Assembly (NCBI GenBank): GCA_002310055.1 | Contig: DBXS01000026.1 | Span: 54,135-118,134 of the forward strand | Direction: 5' to 3' | Source of the DNA: Clostridiales bacterium UBA1206 | GTDB taxonomy: Bacteria; Bacillota; Clostridia; Oscillospirales; CAG-382 | Length of the DNA: 64,000 nt | Shown here: in pieces, positions 41,103-50,616 of the stretch | Layout of the letters: each line of letters begins with the position of its first letter | Position numbering within the stretch: the first letter of the stretch is position 1 | Program-made: the position numbers and the translations under genes | Notes under the pieces: model-generated | The model's database searches: none | Told to the model about the DNA's origin: nothing | Seen by the model: the letters and a program-made list of their open reading frames with translations, nothing else

Positions 41103-42129
41103 AGTTTTTATACTGTTATTGCTGGCCGTTTTGTTGCTGGTATCGTGCACAAACGACCGCGAGATGGCAGAAGCGCAGTTAAAGACCGCCTTCGAGGAAA
41201 ACGCGGTAAACATCGCCGGCTTTTCCACTATAAAGAACTCTGTTTCCAATTCCTTGCATTATGTGTATTATTTCGAAGATTCTTGTGTAAAAGCGTACGA
41301 TAAGACCGAAAAGGCCTCGTTCTCCTTATGCCGCGATAAGAATTGTACTCACGAAAACTGCGTTTACGGCGAAAAATGCGTCATCGTCGCTTTTGGCGGA
41401 AACGTTTTGTTTTCGGTTTTGCAGCAAGGCGCAGTATATGAAATATACGCCGCCGGTGAAGACGGCAGCGGATCCGTAAAAATATATGAAACCGAAGCGG
41501 ATATCAGAAAACCGGTATGCAGAAACGACGTATTGTATTTCTATTCTCAGACAGAAAACGGCGCCGAGATCGTTTCGATCGACAGTACGGGGAAATTCAG
41601 CGTTTGCGTTTCTGCGGAAAACAGACCGCTCGAATTCTGCATAACCGACAAAGGACTGTGCTATACCGACAGATTCGGAGACCTGTATTTAAACGACGCT
41701 TTGATAGTTTCAGCCGAAACAGATTACGTCCAGTTTTTCAACGGTTCGATCTACTATTCAAACAGCGGCGGCATTTATCGATACGACGCATCAAAAGAGG
41801 AATCGGTAATAGTTTGCGATGGTATGCTTTCGGACTGGGTGATCACAGCAGGCGGTATACTGTATTCCGCGCAAACAGACGGCCGTATGTGCATCGCGCT
41901 TTACGATCCTGTCGCCAAATCCGGTCGTACCGTTTGCGATGTTGACGCAGATTATGAATTCTGGCTGTTTGACGGTACAAATATATATACTATGGCGGAA
42001 ACAGCCGAAGACAAGCAAAAAGCGCTCGACGAATGCCGCATAATAGTCGTCAGACCGGACGGCTCGGTAACGCCCGTGTACGAAAAGCAAAGAAGTCTGC
42101 TGATAATCGAAAACGCTATAGGAGGATGA
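41092..42129 (+). CDS. hypothetical lipoprotein (possibly DUF5050-like); paralogue of 38624..39793
   Basis: Lipobox LLVSCTN and a CRDKNCTHENC motif. It overlaps the upstream gene by 11 nt. Confidence 0.6.
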   Translation: MKNKVFILLLLAVLLLVSCTNDREMAEAQLKTAFEENAVNIAGFSTIKNSVSNSLHYVYYFEDSCVKAYDKTEKASFSLCRDKNCTHENCVYGEKCVIVAFGGNVLFSVLQQGAVYEIYAAGEDGSGSVKIYETEADIRKPVCRNDVLYFYSQTENGAEIVSIDSTGKFSVCVSAENRPLEFCITDKGLCYTDRFGDLYLNDALIVSAETDYVQFFNGSIYYSNSGGIYRYDASKEESVIVCDGMLSDWVITAGGILYSAQTDGRMCIALYDPVAKSGRTVCDVDADYEFWLFDGTNIYTMAETAEDKQKALDECRIIVVRPDGSVTPVYEKQRSLLIIENAIGG

Positions 42130-42166
42130 AAAAACCCCGTCGCTTGTTTTTTTGCAAGCGACGGGG
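42129..42166. terminator. intrinsic terminator (strongest on the minus strand, after the SSS gene)
   Basis: 12-bp perfect stem CCCCGTCGCTTG / CAAGCGACGGGG. A6 on the plus-strand side gives U6 on the minus strand. Confidence 0.8.
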
Positions 42167-42187
42167 AAATCGTTTATAAAAGTCAGC

Positions 42188-43756
42188 TCAATCTATAAGC
42201 GAGGTCTTCTGCGATACTTCGACTTTCTTATCGTAGCAGGCGAACATACCGTCCACCGCGATCTTATCGCTCTTTGGCGTGAACAGGCTCACAACGGGAA
42301 CTATGATAAGTCCCGCTATCATTGCGAATGCGCCGCAGTTGATCGGCGACTGCAGCACGGCGGGGAACGCAGAGCGAAACAGCATATTCGCTATCATTAC
42401 GCCCGAACCGAACACAAAGCAGACCCAGCACGCGGCTTTGGTGACTCGTTTGCTGTAAAGCCCGTATAGGAACGGCGCAAGGAAAGCTCCGGCGAGCGCG
42501 CCCCACGAAACGCCCATAAGCTGAGCGATATATTTGACGGCTTCGTTCGTGCTTTTGACCTGATATACGGCAATGAGCGCCGATATCGCTATGAACACGA
42601 CTATGAATATCCTTATTATCAGCACCTGCTTTTTCTCGTCCATCTTCTTAATGAACGTGCCCTTGAGGAAGTCGATCGTAAGGGTTGAAGAAGAGGCGAT
42701 GACGAGCGAAGAAAGCGTTGACATCGACGCCGAAAGCACGAGTATCATCACTATAGCGATAAGCAGGTCGGGCAGGGAAGAAAGCATACCCGGAATGACC
42801 GAGTCAAACCCTTCGGCGGGTACGAGTGCACCGGTCGCATCGGTCGCGGTGGCAATATTTGCAAGTCTGCCGAAACCGCCGAGGAAATAGCATCCTCCCG
42901 CGACGACCACGGCAAAGATCGTGGAAATGACCGTGCCTTTTTTAATTGATTCTTCGCTTTTGATGGCGTAGAATTTCTGCACCATCTGCGGAAGTCCCCA
43001 GGTGCCGAGCGAGGTGAGAATCACGACTCCGAACAGGTTGAGCGGATCCGGCCCGAAGAACGAGGCAAACGCGCCGGGCATATCGTTCGCCGCAGTATCG
43101 CTGACGTTAGCCATTTCTTTAAGCGACGCCATGAATCCGCCGTGCGTGCCAAGCACCGCCGCTATTACGGCGACGATACCTATAAGCATTATCATACCCT
43201 GAATAAAGTCGTTTATCGCCGTAGCCATATATCCGCCGGCTATAACGTAAATGCCCGTGAGCACCGACATAACGACTATGCACCAGACGTAATCTATGCC
43301 GAAAGCCATTTCGAAAAGGCGTGAAAGTCCGTTATAAAGCGAAGCAGTATAAGGGATAAGGAACACAAAAGTGATCACAGAGGCGCCCAGCTTGAGCCCT
43401 TTTGAATCGAACCGCTTGCCGAAAAAGTCCGGCATAGTGGAAGAATTGAGGTACTGCGTCATAATGCGCGTGCGTCTGCCGAGTATGACCCACGCGAGCA
43501 GCGAACCTACGAGCGCGTTGCCGAGCCCGATCCACGTCGCGGCTATACCGTATTTCCAGCCGAACTGTCCGGCGTAGCCGATAAATATGACGGCGGAAAA
43601 ATACGACGTTCCGTAAGCGAAAGCAGTGAGCCACGGGCCCACGCTGCGCCCGCCCAGAACGAATCCGTTCACGTCGGTGGCGTGGCGGCGGCAGTACAGC
43701 CCAACGCCTACCATGACCGCAAAGAACAGCACGGTCAGCAAGATCTTGATTACCAT
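42188..43756 (-). CDS. sodium:solute symporter (SSS) family transporter
   Basis: 522-aa protein with about 13 TM segments and an N-terminal GGRSVGPWLTAFAYGTSYFSAVIFIGYAG motif. Promoter TTGAAA-17-TATAAT lies at 43826..43798. Confidence 0.8.
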   Translation of the reverse strand: MVIKILLTVLFFAVMVGVGLYCRRHATDVNGFVLGGRSVGPWLTAFAYGTSYFSAVIFIGYAGQFGWKYGIAATWIGLGNALVGSLLAWVILGRRTRIMTQYLNSSTMPDFFGKRFDSKGLKLGASVITFVFLIPYTASLYNGLSRLFEMAFGIDYVWCIVVMSVLTGIYVIAGGYMATAINDFIQGMIMLIGIVAVIAAVLGTHGGFMASLKEMANVSDTAANDMPGAFASFFGPDPLNLFGVVILTSLGTWGLPQMVQKFYAIKSEESIKKGTVISTIFAVVVAGGCYFLGGFGRLANIATATDATGALVPAEGFDSVIPGMLSSLPDLLIAIVMILVLSASMSTLSSLVIASSSTLTIDFLKGTFIKKMDEKKQVLIIRIFIVVFIAISALIAVYQVKSTNEAVKYIAQLMGVSWGALAGAFLAPFLYGLYSKRVTKAACWVCFVFGSGVMIANMLFRSAFPAVLQSPINCGAFAMIAGLIIVPVVSLFTPKSDKIAVDGMFACYDKKVEVSQKTSLID

Positions 43757-43880
43757 TTTATCACCTCGTACAGAGTATGCGCGTGTATATTTTCATATAT
43801 TATAGCGTATAATTATCGATCTTTCAATATTTTTCGGCACAAAAAATACAAAAATATACCCGTTTTTTTGTATATAACAC

Positions 43881-43910
43881 AAAAAAGCGGCGGAACATAC
43901 GCTCCGCCGC
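43881..43910 (-). terminator. intrinsic terminator after the 5'-nucleotidase gene
   Basis: Minus strand: GCGGCGGA-loop-TCCGCCGC followed by TTTTTT. Confidence 0.8.
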
Positions 43911-43926
43911 CCTTGTTTTGCCTTAT

Positions 43927-45396
43927 TCATTCGAGTATCGTTATCCTGCCGTCGATCTTCGCGTCGAGGTTGTCGTTGGTGGAAAAATACTCTTCTATAA
44001 TATTGGTCTCGGAAGTAGCCACGGTCTTGGGTTTCATATTCTTCTGGACCTCTTTGAGCGGGATCCCGAAGAACTGGTCGAAATTCTTGAAGTGATAGTG
44101 CTGCAGGCCGATCTTGATTATCATATCTTCGGTGACGGGCTCGCCGTTGAACGTGAGCGATTCGATGGTGTGCGTCGATTTGCGGTAGGTTATGCGCAGC
44201 GCTTTGGATATCTGATAAAACTCCGTCTCTCCCACCCAGGCGTCATCGCGCATAAGGAACTGCATCATCTGCCTCAGCTGCGCGCCGGTGACCGCCACCA
44301 TATGGATCTGGCCGTCGAACGGCGTGTTTTCGAGCATATCGGCGTATTCAACTATCGGCCCCATTTCCTGCTTGCGAATACTGCCGGAGCCGAAGAACAT
44401 AACGTCGAAACTGGCTTCCCACGCCATAAGGTCGGCGTACAGGTCACCCATCTCGGTCTCCTGTTCGCGGCAGGGATGTGTGAGTTTGCGCGCAAAGCGC
44501 GTGACCACGCGTTTATATTTGCTGTCGGTTTCGGTGCGGTAGCTGTCTATAAGATCTTCCATCACCGGATCTTTGGGAGCCGTATCTTCGTTAATGGGGA
44601 CGCATTTCCATTTGAACGCCTTGATCTCTTTATCCTGTGTGTCGTATTCAAGGTCTATGCGGCCGACCTGCGTCGTACCGGAACCCGCCTGTACGATGGG
44701 GATACCGTTCACCACGGTCGGCTTTTCAAGCAGCGTGTGCGAATGCCCGCCTATGATCATATCCACGCCCCATTCAGGATCGAGTTTTTCGGCGAGCTTG
44801 ATATCGTTGTCGTAGCCTATGTGCGTGAGCAGCACGGTCATATCGGTGTTCACGGTGCGGTAGTTGTCGCATATAATGCCAACTTCCTTAGCCGCGGATT
44901 CGAGATCTATGAAAGAGCCGATTATTTTTTCGCTTCTGGTGGAAGCCAGCACTTCGTCGGTGAGTATGCCTATGAACAGTATGCGCATACCGCTGCGCTC
45001 GATATTTATGTACGGCGTGAACACGCGCGCATTGTTCATAGTTACGAACAGGTTCGCGTTGACGATGGGGAATTTGGCGCATTTTTCAAGGAACAGCAGA
45101 TGTGCAAAGCCGTAATCCACCTCGTGGTTGCCGACCGTCGTGACGTCGGGCCCGAGGTTGTTCATAAGGTCGATGGTGGAAAGCCCCTGGTATTCGGAAT
45201 CGATTATGGAGCCGCGGAACATATCGCCCGCTATGGCGTAGATCACGTTCTGCCTTTCTTCGCGGACTTTGTTGACGTAGCCCGAAAGACGGCACAGACC
45301 GCCGGTCTCCTTGCCGTTTTCTTCTTTGGGAAGAAAATCGCCGTGCAGGTCGTTGGAATGCAGGATAGTCAGTTTCTTTATGCTGTCTTCAGTCAT
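43927..45396 (-). CDS. bifunctional metallophosphatase/5'-nucleotidase (UshA family), no signal peptide
   Basis: Motifs HSNDLHG, AGDMFRG, GNHEVDYG and GGHSH, plus a C-terminal 5'-nucleotidase domain. Confidence 0.85.
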   Translation of the reverse strand: MTEDSIKKLTILHSNDLHGDFLPKEENGKETGGLCRLSGYVNKVREERQNVIYAIAGDMFRGSIIDSEYQGLSTIDLMNNLGPDVTTVGNHEVDYGFAHLLFLEKCAKFPIVNANLFVTMNNARVFTPYINIERSGMRILFIGILTDEVLASTRSEKIIGSFIDLESAAKEVGIICDNYRTVNTDMTVLLTHIGYDNDIKLAEKLDPEWGVDMIIGGHSHTLLEKPTVVNGIPIVQAGSGTTQVGRIDLEYDTQDKEIKAFKWKCVPINEDTAPKDPVMEDLIDSYRTETDSKYKRVVTRFARKLTHPCREQETEMGDLYADLMAWEASFDVMFFGSGSIRKQEMGPIVEYADMLENTPFDGQIHMVAVTGAQLRQMMQFLMRDDAWVGETEFYQISKALRITYRKSTHTIESLTFNGEPVTEDMIIKIGLQHYHFKNFDQFFGIPLKEVQKNMKPKTVATSETNIIEEYFSTNDNLDAKIDGRITILE

Positions 45397-45425
45397 TTGA
45401 TTTTTCCCCTTTGCGTTTTTCTTTG

Positions 45426-45454
45426 ATTATACAGGATACGCGCTTTTTTGTCAA
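45426..45454 (-). promoter_or_regulatory. consensus sigma-A promoter of the 5'-nucleotidase gene
   Basis: The minus strand reads TTGACA (45454..45449), a 17-nt spacer, then TATAAT (45431..45426). Confidence 0.75.
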
Positions 45455-45470
45455 TACCGAACGCGGGGCG

Positions 45471-45507
45471 AAAAAAGCCGAAAAGCAACGCGCTTTTCGG
45501 CTTTTTT
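45471..45507. terminator. bidirectional intrinsic terminator after the alcohol dehydrogenase gene
   Basis: A6-GCCGAAAAGC-loop-GCTTTTCGGC-T6. Confidence 0.85.
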
Positions 45508-45520
45508 ATTTGTTTTATTA

Positions 45521-46669
45521 TCAGAGCTGGCTTCTGTAAAGCTCGACTATCTCTTCTACGCTCGTCTCTCTGGGGTTGCCGGGGCGGCAGGCGTCGGCAT
45601 ACGCGGATTCGGCGAGGAAACGGATATCTTCTTCCTTGAGTATGCCTCTGAGATTCTCGGGGATCCCCACGTCTTTGGAAAGCTTGCGGACCTCGGCGAT
45701 CGTCGCTTCGGCGGCCTCTTTGTCTGTCATCGAATCTATGCCTTTGACCTCCATCGCTTTGCCTATCGCGCGGTAGCGTTCGCCGCATACCGGCTTGTTG
45801 TAATCAAGTCCTACGGGGAGCAGGATAGCGCAGGCGACGCCGTGAGGCGTGTCGTAAAGCGCGGAAAGACCGTGCGCCATACTGTGGACTATACCGAGAC
45901 CCACGTTCGAAAATCCCATACCGGCAATATACTGGCCGAGCGCCATCCCTTCGCGCCCTTCGGGGGTGTTCTGCACGGCGCCGCGAAGGTTCTTTGCGAT
46001 AAGATGAATGGCTTCCAGATGGAACATATCGCTTATGGTGCAATGAGCTTTGGTGATATATCCTTCTATGGCGTGCGTCAGCGCGTCCATACCGGTCGCA
46101 GCCGTAAGGCTCTTGGGCATGGTAGACATCATATCGGGATCGACGACTGCGATATCGGGGATATCGTTGGTATCTACGCAAACGAATTTGCGTTTCTTTT
46201 CAACGTCGGTGATGACGTAATTGATGGTGACTTCCGCGGCGGTGCCGGCGGTCGTGGGAACGGCTATGGTGAATACCGCGTGCTTTTTGGTGGGCGCGAC
46301 GCCTTCGAGCGAGCGCACGTCGGCGAATTCAGGGTTGTTGGCTATAATGCCTATGGCTTTTGCGGTGTCCATGCTCGAGCCGCCGCCAAGGGCGATGATG
46401 CAGTCGGCGCCGGAGCGTTTGAAAGCCTCTACGCCGTTCTTGACGTTTTCAATGGTGGGGTTGGGTTTGATATCGCTGAAAACCGTATAAGGGAATCCGG
46501 CTTTTTCAAGCAAATCGGTGACTTTTGCGGTCACGCCGAATTTTATAAGGTCTGCGTCGGACGTGACGAACGCCTTTTTAAAGCCGCGGGCTTTGAGTTC
46601 GGGCACGATGTTTTCTATCGCTCCGTGTCCGTGGTAAGAGATCGAGTTGAGTACTATGCGGTCTGCCAT
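45521..46669 (-). CDS. iron-containing alcohol dehydrogenase (lactaldehyde reductase / FucO-like)
   Basis: Motifs GGGSSMDTAKAI, DALTHAIE and VHSMAH. The start is set at ATG 46669 (GGAGG RBS). Promoter TTTACA-17-TATTAT lies at 46734..46706. Confidence 0.85.
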   Translation of the reverse strand: MADRIVLNSISYHGHGAIENIVPELKARGFKKAFVTSDADLIKFGVTAKVTDLLEKAGFPYTVFSDIKPNPTIENVKNGVEAFKRSGADCIIALGGGSSMDTAKAIGIIANNPEFADVRSLEGVAPTKKHAVFTIAVPTTAGTAAEVTINYVITDVEKKRKFVCVDTNDIPDIAVVDPDMMSTMPKSLTAATGMDALTHAIEGYITKAHCTISDMFHLEAIHLIAKNLRGAVQNTPEGREGMALGQYIAGMGFSNVGLGIVHSMAHGLSALYDTPHGVACAILLPVGLDYNKPVCGERYRAIGKAMEVKGIDSMTDKEAAEATIAEVRKLSKDVGIPENLRGILKEEDIRFLAESAYADACRPGNPRETSVEEIVELYRSQL

Positions 46670-46878
46670 AAGGATACCTCCGTTATATTTATTTGGACTG
46701 TAATTATAATACCTTATCCGCCGCCGTTTGTAAACAGTATTTTTACGTTTTAACAAAATATTTACGGATACGGACATATAAGAATATTTTCGCTTTATTT
46801 TGTATCTTTTTTACGCCCGGATTTTAATCCGACGTATACGGGGCAGAATGTAATCGACGAATATCACGGAGGTCCCGT

Positions 46879-47649
46879 ATGTACAACAAAGTGGAAATCT
46901 GCGGCATAAACACCTCGCGGCTCATAACGATATCCGAAACCGAAAAACGCGAACTGCTCGCTAAAGCACGTGCCGGCGATAAGCTCGCCCGCGAAAAGAT
47001 GATCAACGCAAACCTCAAGCTCGTGCTTTCGGTCATACAGTCGTTTTCGTCGCGCACCGCCTGTGCAGACGACCTTTTCCAGGTCGGCTGCATCGGACTC
47101 ATAAAAGCGGTCGATAACTTCGATCTCGCACAGGACGTAAGGTTTTCGACCTACGCGGTGCCGATGATAATAGGCGAGATACGCCGCTTTCTGCGGGACG
47201 ACAACCACATCCGCGTCTCGCGTTCGGTGCGCGATACCGCGTTCAAGGCGCTCAGGGTCAAGGACGAGCTTTCGGTCGCACTCGCGCGCGATCCCACACC
47301 CGAAGAGATCGCCGAAAAACTGGGCGTTCCGGCAAGGGAAGTGGTCTCGGCGTTAAACGCCATAATGGAACCGGTCTCGCTGTACGAACCGGTATACACC
47401 GAAAACGGCGACAGTCTTTACGTTATGGATCAGATAAGCTACAAGGTCAACACCGACGAAAACTGGATCACCGATATCGCGGTGAGCGAAGCGGTGAAAA
47501 AGCTGACCGAACGCGAAAAACGCATACTCGCGCTGCGCTTTTACGCCGGGAAAACGCAGACCGAAGTTTCAAAAGAAATAGGCATATCCCAGGCGCAGAT
47601 ATCGCGCATAGAAAAGAGCGCGCTCAACAAAATAAGAGACGAACTGTAA
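46879..47649 (+). CDS. sigG: sporulation sigma factor SigG
   Basis: Near-colinear with B. subtilis SigG as I recall it: KVEICGINTSRL, NLKLVLSVIQSF, DDLFQVGCIGLIKAVDNFD, STYAVPMIIGEIRRFLRD, YVMDQIS...NTDENWI, GISQAQISRIEK. Confidence 0.85.
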   Translation: MYNKVEICGINTSRLITISETEKRELLAKARAGDKLAREKMINANLKLVLSVIQSFSSRTACADDLFQVGCIGLIKAVDNFDLAQDVRFSTYAVPMIIGEIRRFLRDDNHIRVSRSVRDTAFKALRVKDELSVALARDPTPEEIAEKLGVPAREVVSALNAIMEPVSLYEPVYTENGDSLYVMDQISYKVNTDENWITDIAVSEAVKKLTEREKRILALRFYAGKTQTEVSKEIGISQAQISRIEKSALNKIRDEL

Positions 47650-47659
47650 CGCGGCGACG

Positions 47660-47693
47660 AAAAAAGCAGACTGTTCAAAGTCTGCTTTTTTTT
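47660..47693. terminator. bidirectional intrinsic terminator
   Basis: A-run, GCAGAC-loop-GTCTGC, then T8. It sits between the convergent sigG and kinase genes. Confidence 0.8.
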
Positions 47694-48930
47694 AGCTGCG
47701 CTTGAACGAACATATAAACGTGTTGCCGTTTTCTTCGTCGCTCACCACTTCGATCTTTCCTCCGTGCAGTTCGGTGATCGAACTCGCTATTGAAAGCCCC
47801 AGCCCGAAACTGCCTCCCGCTTCGGTGCGTGATTCGTCGACGCGGTAGAACCTTTCGAAAATGTGCTTAGCCTGTTCGGGCGTAATGAGCGCGCCGCGGT
47901 TATTGACGGCGATTATCGTCTTTTCGGGGGCGTTATACAAAGCCGCTTTTACGGTCCCGCCGCTTTCGGAATACTTGCACGCGTTGTCGATAAGTATCGA
48001 AACGAGCCGCATCATCATGTCTCTGTTGCCGAAGAACCGTATGTCCTGCTCCACGTTCAGTTCGAACGAAAGCCCTTTTTCAAAGCACACGCTTTCAAAC
48101 GGGAGCGCGGCGGCGTTCACCGCGTTGGAAAGGTCGAAATCGGCCTTTTCAATGCTCGCTTTGGTCTCGTCGGTCTTTGCGAGATAAAGGATGCCGGTTA
48201 TAAGGTCGTTCATCCTCACGGTCTCGTCCTTGATGTATCCCAGCCATTTCATCTGTCCGTCCACCGTGTCTTCGGGATGCGATAGGACTATATCGGTATT
48301 CGCGGAAATCACCGCCACGGGAGTCTTCAACTCGTGCGACACGTCCGCCACGAGCTGCCTCTGCTGTTCCCATGAACGCTCGACCGGCCGCAGCGCGATA
48401 CGCGTCACCACGATGGCGATGATAAAGAAACACAAAGTGCCGGCTGCGGCGATCGCTATCAGCGTCATACGCATCGAACCGAGCGTCGAATCTTCCCGGC
48501 TTTTATCTAAAAAAACAACTTTGGTATATCCGGGAGAGGAAGTCTTCATATAGCGCAGACCGTAGCCGTCGAGCACGCCGGTCTCTTCCTTCTGGGCGAG
48601 CACTTCGTCCATAAGCGCAAAGATGTACTGCTTCTGTTCTTCGGTTATCGTGCCGAACCCGTACGGCGTGAGCATATTTCCCACTTCGCGGTATTCAATT
48701 ATAAAAATGTCGTACCGCGAATACGTGTCCGTGTCGCCGAAATAGCGGTTGAACCTGTCGTCGAATACAATAGAGGGGTTCTGCCTGGAATAGCTGCGCA
48801 GCGCTTCTTCGCTTTCGTTTTTCAAAGTGTGCGCGGTCTGAAAATAGAATACGGCAAGCATGGCGTAGAAGAGGACGCATAAAAGAGCGAGCGTTATGAG
48901 CGTTATCTTTATGCGGAGCTTTTTTATCAT
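47692..48930 (-). CDS. sensor histidine kinase (two TM segments, HisKA + HATPase_c)
   Basis: H-box SHELKTPVAV, N-box IDNACKYS and G-box GLGLSIA. ATGA overlap with the response-regulator stop codon. Confidence 0.85.
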   Translation of the reverse strand: MIKKLRIKITLITLALLCVLFYAMLAVFYFQTAHTLKNESEEALRSYSRQNPSIVFDDRFNRYFGDTDTYSRYDIFIIEYREVGNMLTPYGFGTITEEQKQYIFALMDEVLAQKEETGVLDGYGLRYMKTSSPGYTKVVFLDKSREDSTLGSMRMTLIAIAAAGTLCFFIIAIVVTRIALRPVERSWEQQRQLVADVSHELKTPVAVISANTDIVLSHPEDTVDGQMKWLGYIKDETVRMNDLITGILYLAKTDETKASIEKADFDLSNAVNAAALPFESVCFEKGLSFELNVEQDIRFFGNRDMMMRLVSILIDNACKYSESGGTVKAALYNAPEKTIIAVNNRGALITPEQAKHIFERFYRVDESRTEAGGSFGLGLSIASSITELHGGKIEVVSDEENGNTFICSFKRS

Positions 48931-49601
48931 TTTCCCGCCTCCAGAACATAACCCACGCGGCGCACCGTCGATATCGAAACGGAAGACCCCACGAACGCGA
49001 GCTTTTTGCGGATGAACGAAATATAAACTTCCACGTTGTTGTCTTCGGCGTCGGAAAGATATCCCCACACCTTGGTGATGAGTTCTTCCTTGCTTATCGC
49101 GGCACCCGGGTTGGACATCAGCAGCTTGAGAATCTCAAACTCCTTGAACCCCAGCTTGACCGAATTGCCGGCGCACGAAAGCGTGCAGCTGTCGAGCCCC
49201 AGCGTTATATCGCCGAAAGAAAGCTCGTTGAGTATCACTTCGCCCTTGCGGCGCGAGACGGCGCGTATGCGCGCCATCAATTCTTCTTTCAAAAACGGCT
49301 TTGTCAGATAATCGTCGGCGCCGGAATCGAGCCCGCGGACCTTGTCGGTGACTTCGTCGCGCGCGGTGAGCAGAATTATGGGCGTGCTTACCTTAGCCGC
49401 TCTCAGCTTTTTGAGCACCTCGAAGCCGTTCATCCCGGGAAGCATTATATCGAGCAGGATGACGTCGTATATGCCGCTCACGCCGTAATCGTATCCGTCG
49501 CGCCCGTCGTAGACCGCCTCGCAGTGGATCTTCTGCTGTGAAAGGATCTCGCAAATGCCGTCGGCGAAACGTTTTTCGTCATCTACCACAAGTATGTTCA
49601 T
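48927..49601 (-). CDS. OmpR-family response regulator
   Basis: Receiver domain (ILVVDDE, DVILLDIMLPG, K at LTKPF) plus a winged-helix domain (TVRRVGY). Confidence 0.9.
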   Translation of the reverse strand: MNILVVDDEKRFADGICEILSQQKIHCEAVYDGRDGYDYGVSGIYDVILLDIMLPGMNGFEVLKKLRAAKVSTPIILLTARDEVTDKVRGLDSGADDYLTKPFLKEELMARIRAVSRRKGEVILNELSFGDITLGLDSCTLSCAGNSVKLGFKEFEILKLLMSNPGAAISKEELITKVWGYLSDAEDNNVEVYISFIRKKLAFVGSSVSISTVRRVGYVLEAGK

Positions 49602-49602
49602 T

Positions 49603-50616
49603 TTATTTCACTCTCTGAATGGAAACGTCCATTTTCTTGCCGGACGCCTTCTTTTTGAGGTGCGTGCCGTAAATGAATATCAGCGCTATGTACGCGCAGC
49701 AGAGCGCGATCACCGAACCGATGATAAAGAAGGGAAGATTGTACGGATCGGTGAACTGCATCTTCATCACGCTCGGCAGAGCGCTAAACGAGCTGGAAGG
49801 ATAAATGCCTTTTTCGGCGGAAAGATATTTTATAAAACCGAGTACGCAGCCGCAGTAGTGCGCGAGCACGGTGATCACGCCGGTGATCACGCTGAGCAGA
49901 ACAAGGCTCTTAACGGAATATTTGCCCGCAGCGACGCGGTAAACGTAAGTGATGAGCGCGCCTATGAGTATTCCGAACAGGCAGGGCGCGAACCTGAACA
50001 TATCCATACGGCCGTTGACTCCGAGCAGCCAGCAGACTAACGCATAAACGGCGGCGCCGAGAAGCCCCGCGAGGACCGCGAACAGCATCCCCTTACCGAA
50101 CTTTTCTTCGGCTTTTTCGGCGCCCTGGTCGGCTTTGCTTCCGTTGGATTCGGCGTATGCCAGCGCGCATTCGCCGCAGACGAGGTGCTTATGCGATTCC
50201 TTTGCGTTCTTGAGCGTGACCACGCGTTTGTCGGCGGCGTCCTTGAAGACCTCGCCGCATTTGGAACAATGGTCGGATTTATATATGCCCACGGAATCGA
50301 GCATACCGGCAATGTAATCTATCATCTCGCGGAATACCGAAAGTTCGGCGTGCGATTTGACCGAAACGTAGTTTTCGTCGACCGCGTAATCGGTGATGGA
50401 ATACTTTTCCAGAACGTTCCTTATAGCCTCGTTTATGCTGACGTAATCGTCGGTATATTCGTCGCTGTCGCCGATATAGCATGAAACCTCAACGGTCCGG
50501 GTGCTCTTCTTTTCGGTAACGGTCATAAAGAACCCGCCGTAGACGCCGTAAACGCAGTCTTCCGCGGCTTTCATACCCACGCTTTTTGCGAAAACTTCCA
50601 AAGCTTTAGAGATCAT
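49603..50616 (-). CDS. hypothetical membrane protein with cytoplasmic zinc-ribbon (CSKCG...CGEC) and about 5 TM segments
   Basis: 337-aa ORF ending 1 nt before the response-regulator start codon. AAAGGATGA RBS region. I recognise no family. Confidence 0.55.
   Translation of the reverse strand: MISKALEVFAKSVGMKAAEDCVYGVYGGFFMTVTEKKSTRTVEVSCYIGDSDEYTDDYVSINEAIRNVLEKYSITDYAVDENYVSVKSHAELSVFREMIDYIAGMLDSVGIYKSDHCSKCGEVFKDAADKRVVTLKNAKESHKHLVCGECALAYAESNGSKADQGAEKAEEKFGKGMLFAVLAGLLGAAVYALVCWLLGVNGRMDMFRFAPCLFGILIGALITYVYRVAAGKYSVKSLVLLSVITGVITVLAHYCGCVLGFIKYLSAEKGIYPSSSFSALPSVMKMQFTDPYNLPFFIIGSVIALCCAYIALIFIYGTHLKKKASGKKMDVSIQRVK

Noticed and set aside
43918-45426. 502-aa plus-strand ORF spanning the entire 5'-nucleotidase gene
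   Set aside because: It has the same in-register antisense geometry. The minus-strand product has all the metallophosphatase motifs, a consensus promoter and a terminator, and the plus-strand product has none of these.
46780-46878. Forespore (SigF/SigG) promoter upstream of sigG
   Set aside because: GTATA and CGAATA-like fragments are present. No pair fits the -35/-10 spacing I recall, so this is not reportable.
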